A stretch of DNA of 64,000 bases from Octopus sinensis. Lineage: Eukaryota. How positions within the stretch are numbered: the first letter of the stretch is position 1; every line of letters begins with the position of its first letter. Shown here one piece after another: positions 61,816 to 64,000 of the stretch. The stretch is taken from assembly GCF_006345805.1 (NCBI RefSeq), contig NC_042999.1:138570001-138634000 (forward strand). The letters are read 5' to 3'. Made by a program: the position numbers and the translations under genes. The notes beneath the pieces were generated by a model that worked only from the letters and a program-made list of their open reading frames with translations, had not been told where the DNA came from and did not search any database.

Positions 61816-64000
61816 CTATCATCATCATCATTGTTCGACCGTGGTCGAGACAATGGAATTTACCATGTTGCGCCAGACTTCACGGTCCATCATAGCATTA
61901 CGGAGGTCCTGTTGCTGGATGCCTGTATCCCTGGAGATTACATCAGGGTAGGAGAGTGTGCGCCCTCTGGTGTTGCGAGTAGATGGCTTCCAGAGGAGAA
62001 GAGTAGAAATTACTTCTTTTTCAGCTCTACAACAATGTCCAGCAAACTGGACTCTCCTACCCTTCACAAGAGATGACACAGGTGGTAATTTCCCATATAT
62101 TTGCATTTTAGTTGGATGGCGCCTCCACGAGAGATTTTGAGCTCTCATAAGGAGGCGAGTGTAGGTTCCATCCAACCGCCTCTCAAGCTTCTTTGATAAC
62201 GTCCAGGTTTCTGAGCCATATAGTAGGATTGGTTCGACTGTGGCTTTGAATATTTCAAGTTTGAAGTCTCTACTTAGATTTGATGACCAGATCTTATGCA
62301 TGTCATTACAGGCTGACCAGGCCAAATCCTTTCTAGTTAGAAAGTCTTTTCCAGATGATGATATGTATGACCCAAGATATTTATAATCAGAAACCATATT
62401 TAAAGGTGCACTGTTGAGAGTGTGGATGATGCAATCACTGTTGGACAGGCACTTGTTTATGTATTCAGTTTTGGTCTCATTAAGGTAAAGACCTACACAA
62501 TTTGAGGCTTGTTCAAGAGATTGTAAAAGAGACTGGGCATTGGAGAGAGAATCACTGATAAGAGCGATGTCGTCAGCAAAGTCAGTGTCTGTCAAGTACT
62601 CAGCTGGGTGTCTGGAACTTCTTCTGGTTTTATTTCAAAGTCCTTGCCAGAGATGGTATCAACTGACATACGTAGCACATAATCAACAACAATGATGAAA
62701 AGAAATGGGGCGAGTGTGTCTCCCTGCAGTATTCCGGCCTCGATCGAGAAAGATGATGTTCTCCATCAGGGGTTAAGATGGTTGAAGACGTATCTGTGTA
62801 GAGGACCTTGATGGCAGAAATAATTTTGTCTGGTATCCCATAGAGCTTAAGGATTTCAAACATCTTGCACCTATCTACAGAATCGAACGCTTTAGAAAAG
62901 TCTACAAATACCATTGCAAGATCGCGATTAAATGCTTTTGATTCTTCAATAAGTCTGCGCAGGCATAGTATCTGGCTCAGCGTTGAGCGCCCATGTCTGA
63001 ATCCATTTTGGTTCTTTCGGAGCAAAGGTTCAACAAAAAGGACAAGACGATTTAGGATCAGTTTGTTGTACAGTTTTGCAGCAATTGACATTAGAGATAT
63101 GCCCCTGTAGTTGGTGACGAGGGACAAATCGCCTTTTTTGGGTATTGGAATGATTTGAGACTGGTGCCAAATCTTTGGAGCGACAAAGGTGGAAAGTGTG
63201 TGGTTGCAGAGGTTAAGCAAAAGTGTGTGAAATCTATCATCCTTCCAAATCACAGCCGGAATGTTGTCGGGACCAAATGCTTTCGAGGCTTTTAGTTGCT
63301 TGGTGGCTGCTGTTAGTTCAAATATGGTAAAAGGGGAGGTGTTGATGTCCAGCGTGTCTGATATAGGCACACTTGGGAGAGTGGGGTTATCAGGGATTTT
63401 GGCATTCTTCCCAAGGAGGTTTTTAAAATGGGTTGACCAATTTTCTAAACGCTTCTTAGCTGATCCCCCTTTAATTCTAATTGATGACCCAGAATTTTTG
63501 CCTGATAGGTCTTTGATGGATTTCCAGGCGAGATGGTGTTTTTTACTAATGTGCTCTTTCGATAGTTTACTAATTTTGCCATTGATAAATTCGACCTCGG
63601 CGTTCAAGTAAGCCTCATCAAGATTCTTCCTGGCAGCTATGAGTTGGATCTTCAGTGACTGGGATGGAGAACGGTGGTAAGCTAGTGATATAGACTTTAG
63701 ATGGTTTCTGGCTTCGATGACATTTGGGGAATTAGAAGGTTTGCTCTGGCCCCTACTCTTCCTTTTGGGAAGAGTAGCCAGTGCAACTTCCTCTGTTGAT
63801 TTGATGAGGCTGCTGTATACTTCCTCAATGTTCTCAGCATCTATTTCAGAAGTAGACAGAGATTGAAATTTGTTATAGACCTCAATAGTAAATTGTTTGG
63901 ACATATCGGGGTTAGATAAGACTTCCTCCCAGTCGATCATTTTGATCGGGTGAGGCTTAGTTTTTTTGGATGAGCGAAGACTAAGCTTAACGGTAGCTGA
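61816..64000 (-). mobile_element. Near-intact RTE/RTEX-like non-LTR retrotransposon (end of endonuclease + full RT + C-terminus), 5' part outside window
   Basis: Frame open from 64000 to ~62760 (YRGISL, QNGFR, FVDFSKAFDSV). One missing base at ~62759, then open to the stop at 61828 (ILQGDTLAPFLF, DTDFADDIAL, YKYLGS, ILLYGSETW). The stop is followed directly by TGA repeats. Confidence 0.95.

Noticed and set aside
61831-63611. Plus-strand ORFs of 60-116 aa
   Set aside because: Antisense shadows of the LINE ORF.

Overview
AT-rich, repeat-dense eukaryotic genomic DNA. The SINE/LINE landscape and (TA)n/(GAT)n microsatellites suggest an Octopus-like cephalopod (inference). No prokaryotic features, CRISPR array, rRNA or true tRNA gene are supported. 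The left half (1676-32703, minus strand) holds a spliced Phtf (PHTF1/2-family) gene that the ORF track largely misses. I reconstructed one non-coding exon plus 10 coding exons with consistent phases (2024 coding nt, ~674 codons). It includes a 1006-nt exon, a GC-AG intron and two overlapping uORFs, and it continues beyond the window's left edge. The rest is transposon-derived: a full-length decayed mariner (D34D) with an internally deleted sister copy, a full-length decayed Tc1 (DD34E), a DD37D element, MITEs/foldbacks, Helitron-like elements, a CR1-like fragment, many RTE-LINE 3' ends, several tRNA-derived SINE families, and a near-intact RTE-like LINE at the right edge with one frameshift. 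I found no clearly new biological system. The best leads are a SINE heterodimer that appears to have inserted as one unit twice, a hairpin tandem array in an RTE 3' UTR with CRISPR-like geometry, modular SINEs sharing an RTE tail, a 127-bp near-perfect palindrome upstream of Phtf, and inverted SINEs bracketing an in-frame three-exon block.
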